From Callorhinchus milii (lineage: Eukaryota): a stretch of 64,000 bases of DNA. The stretch lies in assembly GCF_018977255.1 (NCBI RefSeq), contig NW_024704742.1, forward strand, positions 109,246,001-109,310,000, read 5' to 3'. The translations under genes and the position numbers were made by a program. Below, piece by piece: positions 38,513 to 51,167 of this stretch. Each line of letters begins with the position of its first letter. Position 1 is the stretch's first letter. The notes under the pieces are model-generated. The model did no database searches and was not told where the DNA came from. It saw only the letters and a program-made list of their open reading frames with translations.

Positions 38513-41500
38513 TGAAATATTGTTCCCATATTTCAGTTAAGTTGCTATCAACCACCAGCTTCTTGCATTGTCTCAATCATAACTAACCCCATCGAATGAA
38601 GATCTTCAGTTACATGCAGCCTGTCATGTCATTGAATGAAAGATATAAATAATATCTGAAAGATATAATAATAATAAGGTGTTACCAAAGCAATGTTGGT
38701 GAGTTGTTGAAGCATTTTCTATTGTTAGTACACACTGAACCTACAGTACACCTACATGTAGGTGTTGGCCTACGTAGCTGGGATACTGATCAAGTGAAGT
38801 ATTTTCTCTTGGATGGTATTGACCATTTAGAAAGTTGTTGCAACTGCACCTAGCCAGGCAAGTGGTGAGTATTCCATCACCTGTCTGGCACCTTGTAGAT
38901 GCTGAAGAGGTTTTGAGAAGGTGAGACACTCATTGTGGAGTACCTGGCCACTGCTTTGCTATTGTAGCCGAGTCCACAGAATGTTGATAGTGGAGGACTC
39001 GGCGATCATTGTGCCATTGAAGGCCAGAAAATAATCAGATAATCCCAGTTTTCATCTTTTATCCTAACGTTTGTGGGTTGAATCTAAAAGACATGTATGG
39101 CTAGGCAAGACAGGAGCTAAGTGAAGGAACTCAAATAGCAACAAATTGCATTTGTATTGTGCCTTTCACCTAGGATAATGTCTTAAAGTGCTTCAGAGAG
39201 ACTGAGTGAAGGTTAAGGCAGTAGAAAGGAGGTGATCTAAGGTGTAGTCAGAGGTAGGTCTTGGGAAAATTTTGAAATGGAGAAGCACTCAACAGAAAAA
39301 GTTTTCAGTCACTGAATTGCAATACTGTATTAAAAAGTATGTTGGAGACTTAATTCATTATTTGTGATGTGTTACTGAGATAATGCATTGCTTAATAATG
39401 CAGTAGTGTAGTACAGAATCTTGAAGTAGGTCATAAATATGGCTATGTCCCAGTAATATTCACAGTACATCTCCAGAAAAAACACTCAGCCGGATGTACT
39501 GCTGCTTTTTCTCTTTCAGCTTGACATTAATGTCCCAGATTAATAGGCATTGTATGAGTTATAAGGAAAACCAACCTACAATACAGTTGTAAACCAAAGT
39601 AATCTCTAGTGAGGCTCATATGATAATTCCAAATTTGGCACCACCCATTTGGACAAAACAGGTGTTGATTTGTAATGGGATTCCTCAATAAAGCATCCGA
39701 GTGGGGCTTCCTCCAGTAACTAGAACTATATCTCTCATAAATGATGGCCTGCCATTCTGCTTCCAAAATAGATTGTGTCAGAGTGGAGATCCTGTGGCTT
39801 GGGTCGATGTACTTCTAGTGCAGTATATGGCACAGCCAACCTCTTGAACTTAGTCATCAAAAAAGTGTTGACTGGAGTTGGATTTCATGCCCCCACTCCC
39901 CCTATTTTATCAGCTCACCAGCTCCCTCCATGACCCGTAAATGCTATATAATGTTTTTGGAAGGGACACACAAAAATATTGCTTATGCGACCCGTGATGT
40001 TTCTCAAATAGGACATCCGGCCCTCAGCAGCCAAAATGTTGGACCACCCTGTTTTTTTACGTCACAAGAATCCCTAAGTTCAGTGCATGTGTTAACATCA
40101 CAAATACAATTTTCTGTTTGCAATCATCACATTTAAACCAGTATCTTTGCACTTATCAATAAAAAATAGGAATTCAAGAATGAAAAAAACTTCCCTGACA
40201 GCATTACTACATGGATTGTCTATGCATACGTCATCACGTTTTTATAATGCTGCACAGAGAAGCCTAATTTTGGAAGTTAATTTGTTAAAATCATATGGAG
40301 CTTGACTGTGGGGTTTTCTCACCAGAACGAAAGGCTTCATTTTCTTCCCATAAAGGTCAAATACAGCTCATCGCTAAATCAGAATTACATGGTACCATGA
40401 AGCATATTTACATCACCCGTCTGGAAATCCTATATTGATTACTTCAAGTAATCCTATAATACTGTGTAATGTGATCATATAAACTGGCTTGAGTCCAGTT
40501 CAAGTAAAACTGATTGTCAAGTTCTGTGTTAGGATTATTTTATGCCAATACTGTGGTACGGATGTAACACACTGACAAAGTATCTTTTATCTTAACTGAT
40601 AACGGTTGAATTTTCTATTAGATAGATTCTGTATTTTCTATGTCAGTGTGGAACATAGATGATAACTTTTATAATTTACCATTATTGCTACATTATTCAC
40701 ATTCATCAAAGGGGCATAAAACTTGCAATATTTCATAACTGTTTCAATTTGATTATTCATTAATCTCTCCATTTACCACTTACTCCATTAATCTTTTACT
40801 CAATTGACTTGACAACAATTATGTGAGAAGTGCTTTAACATATTTGCAAGGAAGAATAACGATTATTTATTGTAAATAAAGTTTTCAAAATCTTTTGTAA
40901 ATTAAGGAACATGAGTATCTGACTTTTACTGATCATCTGTATATCTGGTACATAATCACATGACTGAATCCTCCCAATTTTGGTTACATGTGTATTTGTT
41001 TCCGTCTAAAACCCATCACCATGCTTAAGAATATCCAAACTAGACTGAGAATTCAACATAAGTGCGCAACCTACATTTGGAAATCTCCCTGTGTTTTGTC
41101 TGAAAACTATTGCTATTAAAGAGAGAGCTATGCTACCAGAAGCAAAAACACAACACTGCATGATTCATTCAACAAACATGCACTAATAGCCTAAATAATT
41201 AAACACATTCGATACAGGTCATCCAATTTATGGGAAGGGCAAGCTAGACACTTTTGCTCCAGTTTAAGCTATTCAACTCACTTGCTCACTCAATCTGTTC
41301 ACTTTGACTTACTTTGTTACCTCTCACTGACTCAGTTGAACTTACTCAGTTGACTCTGTTGATGTGTCACTCATTCCCTTGACCTCCCATCCATTTTCTC
41401 ACTCATTCAATTGATCTCACTTGCACAGCTCCAATATATGTATTGTTCAGATCAATGGTAGTTTCTGTGCGCTGCTATAAATTTCTCTGTGTTATATATT

Positions 41501-41922
41501 GAAGCTGATTTATTCATTTTTGTCACTGATAACTATGAAAGATAATACTAGAAAAGAGTTAGAAGATCATTTTCATGACAGACAGTTTACCTTACCCTAA
41601 AAAGAAGTGAAGACTTATGTGGAACAATATTCAGTAATTTAGGGATTACCCATATGGAGAGTTAACTTGTGTGGATTGCTAAAAAAACCCTCTTTCAAAA
41701 CTGACTCATTTTAAAATAAAATTCTAGAATACAAAATAACTACTGTACTCACTCCCTCTCTCTGATGACTTCTGTAATTCAATGTTAAGTAGCCATTAGT
41801 AAAGAAATCATTAGCAAACCTATAAACAAGCAAATATTTGGACTTCCTCTTGAACACATCAAGCCAAAAGCTTTCGGCCAACAAGTCTTCAGGATGTGGC
41901 TTTTGATTTTGAACCCATTATT

Positions 41923-42023
41923 GAGTTCTAATGGAAGGTCATTGAGCTGAAATGTTAACTCATTTTTCTCTCTCCATGGATGCTGCCTGACCTGCTGCGT
42001 GTTCCCAGCAACTTCTGTGTTTA
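41923..42023 (+). mobile_element. Penelope-like 3' terminal fragment with decayed hammerhead
   Basis: GAGTT-CTAATGG-AAGGTCATTGAGCT-GAAATGTT-AACTC...GATGCTGCCTGACCTGCTG; homologous to 43014-43115 in the opposite orientation. Confidence 0.75.
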
Positions 42024-42184
42024 TGCCAAAACTTGTTTGAGTAATAGGTCAATGGCTTGTTAATGTCATTCCCTCTCTCTTTGAGAACATCAGCAATACT
42101 TCTCTGATAGGAAATGAGGCTAGAGGCTTCAAGCAGAAAAGTCGGTCGACCCACTGGACATGGCTTATCTCTGAAAGGGAGAAA

Positions 42185-42518
42185 AATAATAATAATCCTT
42201 GCATTTGATATAGCGCTTTTCACGTCTTCTAGATGTCTCAAAGCGCTTCACAGAATATACTGTAAAGTGAATTGACCATGAAAAGTGCTATATCTTTATT
42301 ATTATTATATATTTGTGGACGAAACACGGCAGCCAATTGCACACAGCAGTGTCCCAAAAACAGTCGTGGATGAAAATGACCAATCTATTTTGTTTTGGAG
42401 GGATTATTATTAGGCGTATGGAGTAAGGAAGCTTACCCAAGGTTTTGCCCTGCCTGGAATTGAACCCAGGTCTCTCGCTTGCAAGGCGAGTGCTCTAACC
42501 ACTGAGCTACAGGACTCC
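42185..42518 (-). mobile_element. Full-length tRNA-derived SINE with a small internal inverted tail insertion
   Basis: Same family; extra CATGAAAAGTGCTATATCTTTATTATTAT at ~42278-42308. Confidence 0.9.
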
Positions 42519-43078
42519 ACAACTGGCAGGACATGTGAAAATGAACACCTTGCACTAGAGCAAAAATATCTAGCTTGCCCTTCCAACAAATCTGATGACC
42601 TGGATCTAATGTGTTTAATTATTTAGGTTATTAGTGCATGTTTGTTGAATGAATCATGCAGTGCTGTGTTTCCACCTGTATCAAAATACATAGGTAGCCA
42701 AAATTGTCAGGGTTCAGTCTTGTTATTATGTTCGCAATTTTCCACATGGTGAATCCTGATCCCAGATGTACCATTGATGCTGAGTGGATGTCAGGTACCT
42801 CAATTTGAAAAATAATTCCAAACTTTATTTAATAATAAATAATTGTCCTTGCATTTGATATAATGCCTATAACACTGACATATGTTAAATCACTTCATAT
42901 GTAATTGCTGACAAGTATAAGTACTGTGTATTTGTAGGCAAACATAAAAGACAAATTGAGCACAGTAATATTCCACAAACAACTATGAGTGAACAATTTA
43001 TCTGGAGGATTAAAATAAAAACAGAAGTCATTGGAAACACTCAGTAGGTCAGACAGCATCTATGAAGAGAGGAAAGTA

Positions 43079-43115
43079 AGTTAACGTTTCAGATCAATGA
43101 CCTTTCGTCAGAACT
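43079..43115 (-). ncRNA. Minimal type I hammerhead ribozyme motif (Penelope-associated)
   Basis: Minus strand AGTT-CTGACGA-A-AGGTC-ATT-GATCT-GAAA-CG-TT-AACT: both core boxes, 5-bp stem II, 4-bp stem I and palindromic AACGTT at stem III. Confidence 0.7.
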
Positions 43116-43302
43116 GGGGGATGTTGGAAGGGAGCAGATTATAAGGACAAGCAGAGAAGGGGGTAGAGAAAGAAAGACAAAGGAAACAATTAGGTGGAGG
43201 ACAGGAAATGATAATACAAGACAAAAGAAGGCAATAGTGGGAGATTATAGAAAGAAAAGATGTGTCTGACACCCAGAGGATATGTGAATGGTTATATGGT
43301 TC

Positions 43303-43754
43303 GAATGGTTCGATTTCAAGATCCTCATCCTCACCTACAAGGCCATTCACGGCCTTGCTCCCTCCTACCTCTCTGATCTACTATCCCCCTATCTACCTGC
43401 CCGTACCCTCCGTTCCTCTGGCTCCGGTCTGCTCCACATCCCTCGCCCCAACCGCCCTACTATCGGTGGCCGGGCCTTCAGCCTCTCAGCCCCTAGGCTC
43501 TGGAACTCTATCCCCCAGTGCCTTCGCAGCCTCCTCCCTTTCCTCCTTCAAGGCCGGTCTCAAGACCTTTCTCTTTGACCGTGCCTTCAGCTCCCCTCTC
43601 TACTCTCTACCCCCTCCTCGCTCCCTCCCTTCCCTCCCCTCATCCTGACCATTACCCCCGGCTCGGGTCCTGACCCAACTATAGAGCGCCTTGGGACGTC
43701 CTCCCGACGTGAAAGGCGCTCTCTAAATGGAATCTTGTTGTTGTTGTTGTTGTT
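43303..43754 (+). mobile_element. Young L2 LINE 3' end nested in a Penelope element
   Basis: DFKILILTYKAIHGLAPSYLSDLL...GGRAFSLSAPRLWNSIP; intact stem-loop GGGACGTCCTCCCGACGTG; (GTT)n tail. Confidence 0.93.
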
Positions 43755-44177
43755 ATAGAAGAGCGGGAGGGGGGAGACGAGGCTGAGAGAAGATAGGAGC
43801 TGTGGTTAGGGTCTGAAGTGGTTGAAATCAATGTTGAGGCCAGAGGGCAGTAAGGTGCCTAGGAGCTAGATAAAGTGCTGTTCCTCCAGTGTTATTAGTG
43901 GAGGATTGTTGGCCAGGACACCCAACCAGAAACCATCTCTCTTCTTTTTGAATCGCTTCATGTTGATACTCAGTTTGTTTTACAAACTCTCCATGATATA
44001 AACACACAAAGGATATTATGAAAAAAAACTGTTGAATTGGGGAGCTGAGTGATTGAGCAGTTTGGATGTTTTACCTTTAAGACCTGGCCATAAAACCAGC
44101 TCAGATCCAAATGATCAACGTTATTTCCTTTTTGCTGTAAAGGTCTTACAAGAAACAACAAGTTGTTCAGAACCGTT

Positions 44178-44310
44178 CAACAACAACAACAAAATTACAT
44201 TTGTATAGCACCTTTCACGTCGGGAGGACGTCCCAAGGAGTCCTAAAGAGTTTTGGACCTAAGCTGGGGTTCGGGATTGGGGAGGGTGGAGGGCGGGGTA
44301 TTGATGGGGG
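44178..44310 (-). mobile_element. L2 3' terminal fragment
   Basis: (CAA)n followed by CACCTTTCACGTCGGGAGGACGTCCCAAGG. Confidence 0.8.
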
Positions 44311-46199
44311 TGTTCATGGATTTAGGACACAGCCTCATGAAATTGACGATCTAACTGAGGAATACAGATGGGTTGTTTGGGAAATGGTGCAATTGGGTTG
44401 TGCTATTAAGATTGGGTTCCCAGGGAGGGAGGTCACCGATTGTACTGTAATTTGATGTGATGATAATCACTGGTGCACATCTGCTGCCTGATAGCTTTAA
44501 GCTACTTACATTTACAGATATTCACTGGCATATTGCTGCTTATTAAAAGCTATAACCCCTAATTTCATTTAAATTCCCAAGGGAAGGCTTACATTGGCAG
44601 AAGAAAATTACACTGTTGGAATGAACATTGTACAATGCTTGTGGCATGTAGCAAACAAATGCATTTGAACACATTACTATCCTCACTCAGGACAGGTTCC
44701 CGTTCCTGTTTCTACTGCGAATTTTGGGATACATGCAGTTCAAACACCTGGCCCATCCAGATGGTTCAAATTCTAGTTTTTTTTACATTAACAACAAAAA
44801 GATGCAGAATATGATTCATTTAACTATCATCACATCAGTATAATTTTGAGAAAACTACATAATTGAAATACTTTTAAAAAAAATTGTAGTATTTCTGTAT
44901 ATTTTAAGAAAATTGTGTAAGCCACGAATGTTGATTATGTTGCCTTGTCATTTATGTTATAAGAATATTGGTTGCTCACAGGCTGTTTGTCCTTGGAATG
45001 GGGAAACAAAAGCTAGCGGTAGAAACAGTGGAGGATAAATACTTTTTTTATTGTGCATTCTCTTCCCTAGTAGTGAGATGGTCTTCCATCTGTATATGGG
45101 TATTTTTTTAAAGGGGCTGGGGACAGACGTAAAATCTGAAATTCCACATAGTTTTAGCCTGTATTGCCCAGATTTATGGAAAATTCTTAATTCCAGGCTT
45201 AATTTGGAAGCCAGTTTTTTGAAGTTCTCAAAAAGACCCGGCTTCCAGATTAAGCCAGGACACCAACCAGAAACCATGTCCCTTCTTTTTGAATTAAATT
45301 GATTTTTCCCCCCATAATCTACGTGTTCTTGGAGTAATAATAATCCTTTCATTTGATATATTGTCTTATCACAATATCACAATGTCTTAAAGCGTTTCAC
45401 AGGATTTTACTGTAAAGTGTTGTGACTGAGTATTTGCAGGCAAACACAGCTGCAGTTTGAGTAAATCAGTGTCCCACAAACAGCCAGGAAGTGTATGACT
45501 CATTTTGGACCCTCCCTTGAGACTTGTTCTTCCTCCCCTAACTGCAGCAGCAGTGAAGCATTCCGTGGCTGCATCCTCCAGCAATGTAAGCTTAGCACTT
45601 TGTATCCTTTGATCCAAATTCAATTTTGATTTGACAACTCTATCGGAATGAGATAAGCCCAGGTTCCACACTGAATACTAGGACACATCCTCTTTTATAT
45701 CTGAACGTGGCTTTCAGCTGCCAGAATCCAAAATACACAGCTTCCATTTGCGTCAATGCAATGCGGGACATTCAGCTCCTATTTAATAATTCTTATCAAT
45801 TGACTATTTTTTCCCATAAATTTGTGCGTAGTGATTCCTCTTTTCCCCAATCCTATTTTATTTTGTTTACAGTTTAATTTCCATATCCTATCCTCTGCAT
45901 CCTGTTTGCGGACGTGAGGTGTAATCCTTTTTGTGTCAAAACAAACTTAATGTAAAATCAATAAGATTTTGTATTTACTTAGGTCAAGTCTCAAGGCAGG
46001 GAGAATTCATTGCAGATGCAATACACAAAATAAACAGTCAATACTCTTTACAGCATATCCTGTGAAGCGCTTTGAGACATCTCGAATTTTTGATATATAT
46101 CAAATACAGGGATTACTATTATTATTATTATGCCTAAACTGTAGAATATTCCTGGTGATATTATTATTGCCTAGGTGATGAGCGCAGGTATCTTACTCA

Positions 46200-46525
46200 T
46201 AGGTAGAGTGTGCTGCATTGTCAGAGGCGCCATTCTTGGGATGAGATGTGGCCCCATCTGACTGTTCAGATGGATGTTGAGCATCGCATGACACTGTTTG
46301 AAAAGAGAAAGGAATTTATCCCAGTGTCCTGCCCATTCACTCATTTTTTTATTCACTCACTCAAATTGGTCACTCACTTTATAGATGCTTCTGGGACATC
46401 GCTGTGCACGAATTGGCAGTGCTTATGCCTAAAAAAAACATAGTTACTACGCTTTACAGCAATTAGCTGTGAAGTGCTTTGAGATGTTGCAACGTTATGG
46501 ACACCATATTAAAAGCAAGGATTCT
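46200..46525 (+). mobile_element. DeuSINE-like element (5'-truncated)
   Basis: GCTGCATTGTCAGAGGCGCC...GGCCCCATCTG core plus tail. Confidence 0.7.
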
Positions 46526-46769
46526 GTATTAGTATAGGTGATGGTGGATGTTTTCTTGCTGTTGGCATGTGAACAAAGGTTGGTATAATCCGCTGACACA
46601 TACAAATATTTGCTGCCAGTATCTAGAGCCCAAAAGTTGACCTGTAGCATGGTATGACTAAAGCATGATTCCATATTCATCATGATATTGATTTGGGGGT
46701 ATGATGTTGGCTGTAGTTGGCAGATTGGAGGCAGCTCCTTAGCAGGGCCTAAGCCCCAAGTTCCCCACA

Positions 46770-46968
46770 TCCTACAGTTCTTTGCCTTGCTCCCTCCCTT
46801 GCCTACTTCAAGGCTTGTCTCAAGAACCTCCTCTTCCACCCCACCTTGGTCACCCTCTTACCGGTACCTTCCCTGCCCTCCACGCCTCCTGATCCCAACC
46901 CGCAGCTCGGGTCCAAATCCCAACGTGAAAGGCGCTACACAAATGTAATTTGTTTTTGTTGTTGTTGT
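46770..46968 (+). mobile_element. L2 3' terminal fragment
   Basis: GTGAAAGGCGCTACACAAATGTAAT followed by a GTT tail. Confidence 0.75.
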
Positions 46969-47764
46969 GTTCAGTGAAGTTGATGCTGTCAGAGGATTTG
47001 GCATCTTTAGACTGGGATTTTGTGCATCACATTTACACTGAAAGAAGTATAAAGGCACTATGTTGTACATCGTCTAGAAGATATGAAAAGTGCTATATCA
47101 ATTGCAAGGATTATTATTATTTTTATTATTATGTTTAATTCTAATAACAGAAAGGTATAAATGTTAGCAAAGGCATCCTGTAAAGGCTCAGAGCCAAGAA
47201 CTTAAAACAAACAAGTGTAGTAAGCTTAGGCTGCCAGATAGAACAAAACTCAGTAATTTAACTGTTTGACTCTCAAACTTTGTTTGGCTAAATATAAAAT
47301 TATTTGCAAATGGATACATATTCCATTATGTATACAAGCTGGATGTCCTGTGAACAATTTTGTTAAATAACAAATAGAATAACATAAACAAACGGAATCA
47401 TAGATTTTTTTTATTCACATTGTTCTGAATAAAGGTCATTATTTATTTATTTATTTATGTGTAAAACCATTGTCATGACTTCACAATATTATGGATACAG
47501 CCTTTATCCTTAAGTAATTTTCATTACAAATTGTACATTTAGGTAGAACTACCTTCAATTGAACTGTCCTTTATCTGAAAGCAACCCACATTGTACTTTG
47601 TTCTTGTGAAATGGCATTGAAAAACAAAAGTTCATTCTTACAATTATTGTTTGTTTAAATGTGCTCATTGTTTTGCAGTGCTTGTCGAGTCTTCTTTTAT
47701 TGTTGCCTGAAAGATTTACAGAGCACATAGTGTACAGAACACTATTTACAGAGTACATAGAGTA

Positions 47765-48150
47765 AGCCTGGCTCAGTTGATAATACTGTTGCCACTGAAT
47801 CGGAGGATTGTCTGAGTCAGAAGCCCCACATTGGTACTTGGAGAACCCACATAATCCATGCCGACATTGCAGCTGGGGATGTGCTGCATTGTCGAAAGTG
47901 CTGTCGATCGGATGAAATCCCGTCTGCCAGTTCTGGTGGATGTTAAAGATCCACAGCACTATTTGAAAAGAGAAGGGAGTTTCTCCCAATATCCTGGTCA
48001 ACAGTCTCCCAAATAAAATTGGTCATTTACTCTATGGGTATTTGTGGGACATTGTGCACAAATTAGCAATTTTAGCCACAAAATACACACAGTTATACTT
48101 TACAGCATATCTTGTGGAGTGATTTGAGATGGGTTGACGACATGATAAGG
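47765..48150 (+). mobile_element. DeuSINE-like element
   Basis: AGCCTGGCTCAGTTG head; GTTAAAGATCCACAGCACTATTTGAAAAGAG core. Confidence 0.7.
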
Positions 48151-48412
48151 CACTTGTAGGAAAACTGTATCGTAGATCTTGGGCCAGGTTTTGTGGACCA
48201 TTATAGTGTACAGCCACAGGGATGTTGAACATCTGCCTGAACAGTCAGATGGAACGTCAGCTACACATCTCGTCCCAAGAATGGCACCTCTAACAATGCA
48301 GGCTCCCTCCCTATGAGTAAGATAAAATTGAAATATTTTTCAAGACATCAATGAAAGTCAGTGAATTTTTTTTTGGTTGTGGGGATGGGGGTGGGGGTGG
48401 GGGGCGGTGCTC

Positions 48413-48680
48413 GGCCAGGTGTCTAACACATGCCGAAACCTATCACCATGCTTAAGGGTATCCAAATCAACCTGAGATTACCATGCAGCCCAGCTACACA
48501 TAGAAATACCAGAGAGATTGTTGGAATGGAATGTGCACTCTCTTCCTGGGATGCATCCTGCTTACCCAATTCCAGAAAGTGTTAAACCCAGGTTGGGTAC
48601 TGCTGGAGTCTAACCAGTTAAAACTGCATAGCTTGCCACTGATATTGCTATCTGGCAAGCTTACCCACTGCTTGTCCAGT
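48413..48680 (+). repeat. Unclassified dispersed repeat
   Basis: Homologous to inverted 50820-51085 and to partial copies at ~14880, ~41005, ~51578, ~53690 and ~62110. Confidence 0.75.
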
Positions 48681-50559
48681 TAGAACCACCCTAGCCGTTA
48701 CAGAAATGCAGCTGGAGATTTAATATACATGTAACTATTTATCTCCAATGCAGACTTCAGGACTGTCTGAGTCTCATATGATTTGTATGAAAGGATGATT
48801 ACAAAATATACAGTCAATTCACTTTACAGAATACTCTGTGAAGTGCTTTGAGAAGACTCGAAGATGTGATAACAACAAATTAAGGCGCTAAATCAAATGC
48901 AAGGATTATTATTATTATCATTAACTTTCAGGCAATGCACTACAAGATATATATAATCGTCTAAACTGACTTCAGAGTAAAGCTGTTCAATTCAATTCAT
49001 AACAATTACAGAATTGTACAGGTCAGCTCAATTGGCCTGCTGGAAATATAAGAACTAAAGATGGATATGTTATAGTTATTTGTGTTGGCTGCCCAGCACT
49101 GGTAGACACATAGACTATTGTTGAATTAAAAGCACAATATTTGTTACCCAAGTGATTTAAAGCAATTTAACTTAACATTCACCTACAAATAAATAGTCAC
49201 TGTACTTTAACAATAAATCCTGTGAAGTGCTTTGAGACATCAACCCGACGTGAAAGGTGCTGTATCAAATACAAGGATTACTATTATAATTGAACTTAAA
49301 TATATGTATATATCTCTCTATATATATATAGAGAGAGAGAGAGAGAGAAGAAAGAGAGAGAATATGTAAATCTTTGAGTAGAAGCACTTCTAGTTCCTGT
49401 GCGTGTTTTGAAGGAATTTCCAGTGGTTCTGGTAAATCTAATATAAAAGAGAGAATGTGGATTTTTTTAGTGCCTAACCGGGTCTCAAAGCAATTCATAT
49501 TTGATGACTGTCAAGTGCAGTGATTGTTTTTTTTGCAAGCAAACATTCCACAGTTTATTATAAAGCAAACATCCTACATCCTACATCCATTAATCTCTGG
49601 TTGGAAAAACTGAGATGCATCTTGTCCAAGAGTGTTCTGAATTAACCTATTTTCGTACATACTGTAAGATATGACTACTTAGGTTGGAGTCATGTTAGCT
49701 ATTCATAGACCTTCATAAACATGTTGACTTTTTCCTTAAGTTTATAAAGAGCTGTTTTTAAATCTTTAATTGAAAATCAAATGGAGGAAGTTTTGTTAAT
49801 CGTAGATAAAATGCAGCTCCAATAACACCACACCTAAAAAGTTCAACAAAAAACAGCTTTACATAGATCTTTTTAAAATCTCTAAGAAAACAGCTTCAGA
49901 TATAAGACAGTTTAAATTTAACCCAAATTTGGCATTATCTTCAATTTTAAGATAATGGTCTAAAGGCGAAAGCGTATGAGAATTTGGGACCTCAGCATTT
50001 TCAATATTCAGACCAGTTCACTTAGCATTATTATCAAATAAATATTGCCAACATTTTGCTAATGTTCCCTGGCCTTAATCACACTTCCTGGCAACCGGTT
50101 CCAACTGTTTACTCGGTGTAAAGAAATACTTATAGTCGTCTTTCCAAAATTTGGAAAGAGTAGTGAGGAGGTGAGACACATTGATGGAAGATGTGGAGTG
50201 CTGGAAGCAAAATGCAGCAATTAAGAAGAAACATGATGTACACATGAGGGAGACAGGAATAAAGAGGTGTGGGCTCATGTGGAGTAAAAACATCTGCATG
50301 GACGAGTTGAGTCGAATAGCCTGTTGCCATGCTGTATCTTTCTAAGTGATTTAGATTTTATGTCACAATAGTTAAGAGCTGTATTAATTTAATTTTACAT
50401 TTCATATTTGTCACATTGAATGGACCAGGATTAGAATGTAAAGCTAAATTGATCCTCATTATTGTCAAAATAAATTGTGACACTTGGATTCAGTTGGTTT
50501 CCAGTGAACTATTGATAAATGACTAACAATTGATTATCTTCCAAATGGGCGGGCGGTAG

Positions 50560-51085
50560 GGGGTGTTGAGCAGTAGGGTCTCCTTAGAACTGAACTAGCT
50601 CCAAGGTGACATGTTTGGCCAAAGGAATGTCAGAATCGAGCCAACCCTCTATGACCCAGTTCCCGAGTGAGGAGGGTCGGTAGTATTCCAGAGCACTGTT
50701 GGTGACAGCACAGCTTGGCTGGTTCCATTGGCAGGACAAATCACTGGAGTCAGGGACTCTTCCCACTCATCTCTTGTTAATCCTGCAAGCCAAAGCTCCT
50801 AATGGATAGGATTGTCCTTGCTTGACAAGCAGTGGGAAAGCTTGCCAGGCAGTGTTCTCAATGGCAAGCTATACCGTTTTAGCTGGTTAGGCTCCAGCAG
50901 TACCCCCAACACACTCTGGAGTCCCCAAGCCTTGATTCTTGCCCACCTGCACCTAATATTAGCCGGAATCAGATAAACAAGACGCATCCTTCCAGGGAGA
51001 GAGTGCACATTCTATTCCAACAATCTACCTCTGGAATTTTCATGGTTGATGTGGATATTCATAAGATGGTGATGGGCTGACCAAA
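50560..51085 (-). repeat. Unclassified dispersed repeat, longest copy
   Basis: Shares segments with 48413-48680, 53335-53400 and 19060-19110. Confidence 0.7.
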
Positions 51086-51096
51086 CAAAAACAGTA

Positions 51097-51157
51097 CTAG
51101 TGGTTAGGATTCGGCGCTCTCACCGCCGCGGCCCGGGTTCGATTCCCGGTCAGGGAA
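51097..51157 (+). tRNA. 5'-truncated tRNA-Glu(CTC) copy (pseudogene)
   Basis: CTAGTGGTTAGGATTCGGCGCTCTCACCGCCGCGGCCCGGGTTCGATTCCCGGTCAGGGAA equals the last 61 nt of vertebrate tRNA-Glu-CTC as recalled. The first 11 nt (5' acceptor strand and part of the A box) are missing. Confidence 0.9.
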
Positions 51158-51167
51158 ACATTTCATT

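Larger units (their letters stand above)
41147..42670. repeat. ~115-bp inverted repeat pair (41147-41263 / 42554-42670)
   Basis: CACTGCATGATTCATTCAACAAACATGCACTAATA...GGAAGGGCAAGCTAGA is mirrored by its reverse complement with few mismatches. Confidence 0.9.
43014..43889 (-). mobile_element. Penelope-like retroelement 3' end (GIY-YIG C-terminus plus 3' UTR), interrupted by L2
   Basis: 43889->43806 translates LEEQHFI*LLGTLLPSGLNIDFNHFRP*, typical of the PLE GIY-YIG C-terminus (E..I..LGTL.P.GLN); the 3' UTR carries a hammerhead motif. Confidence 0.8.
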
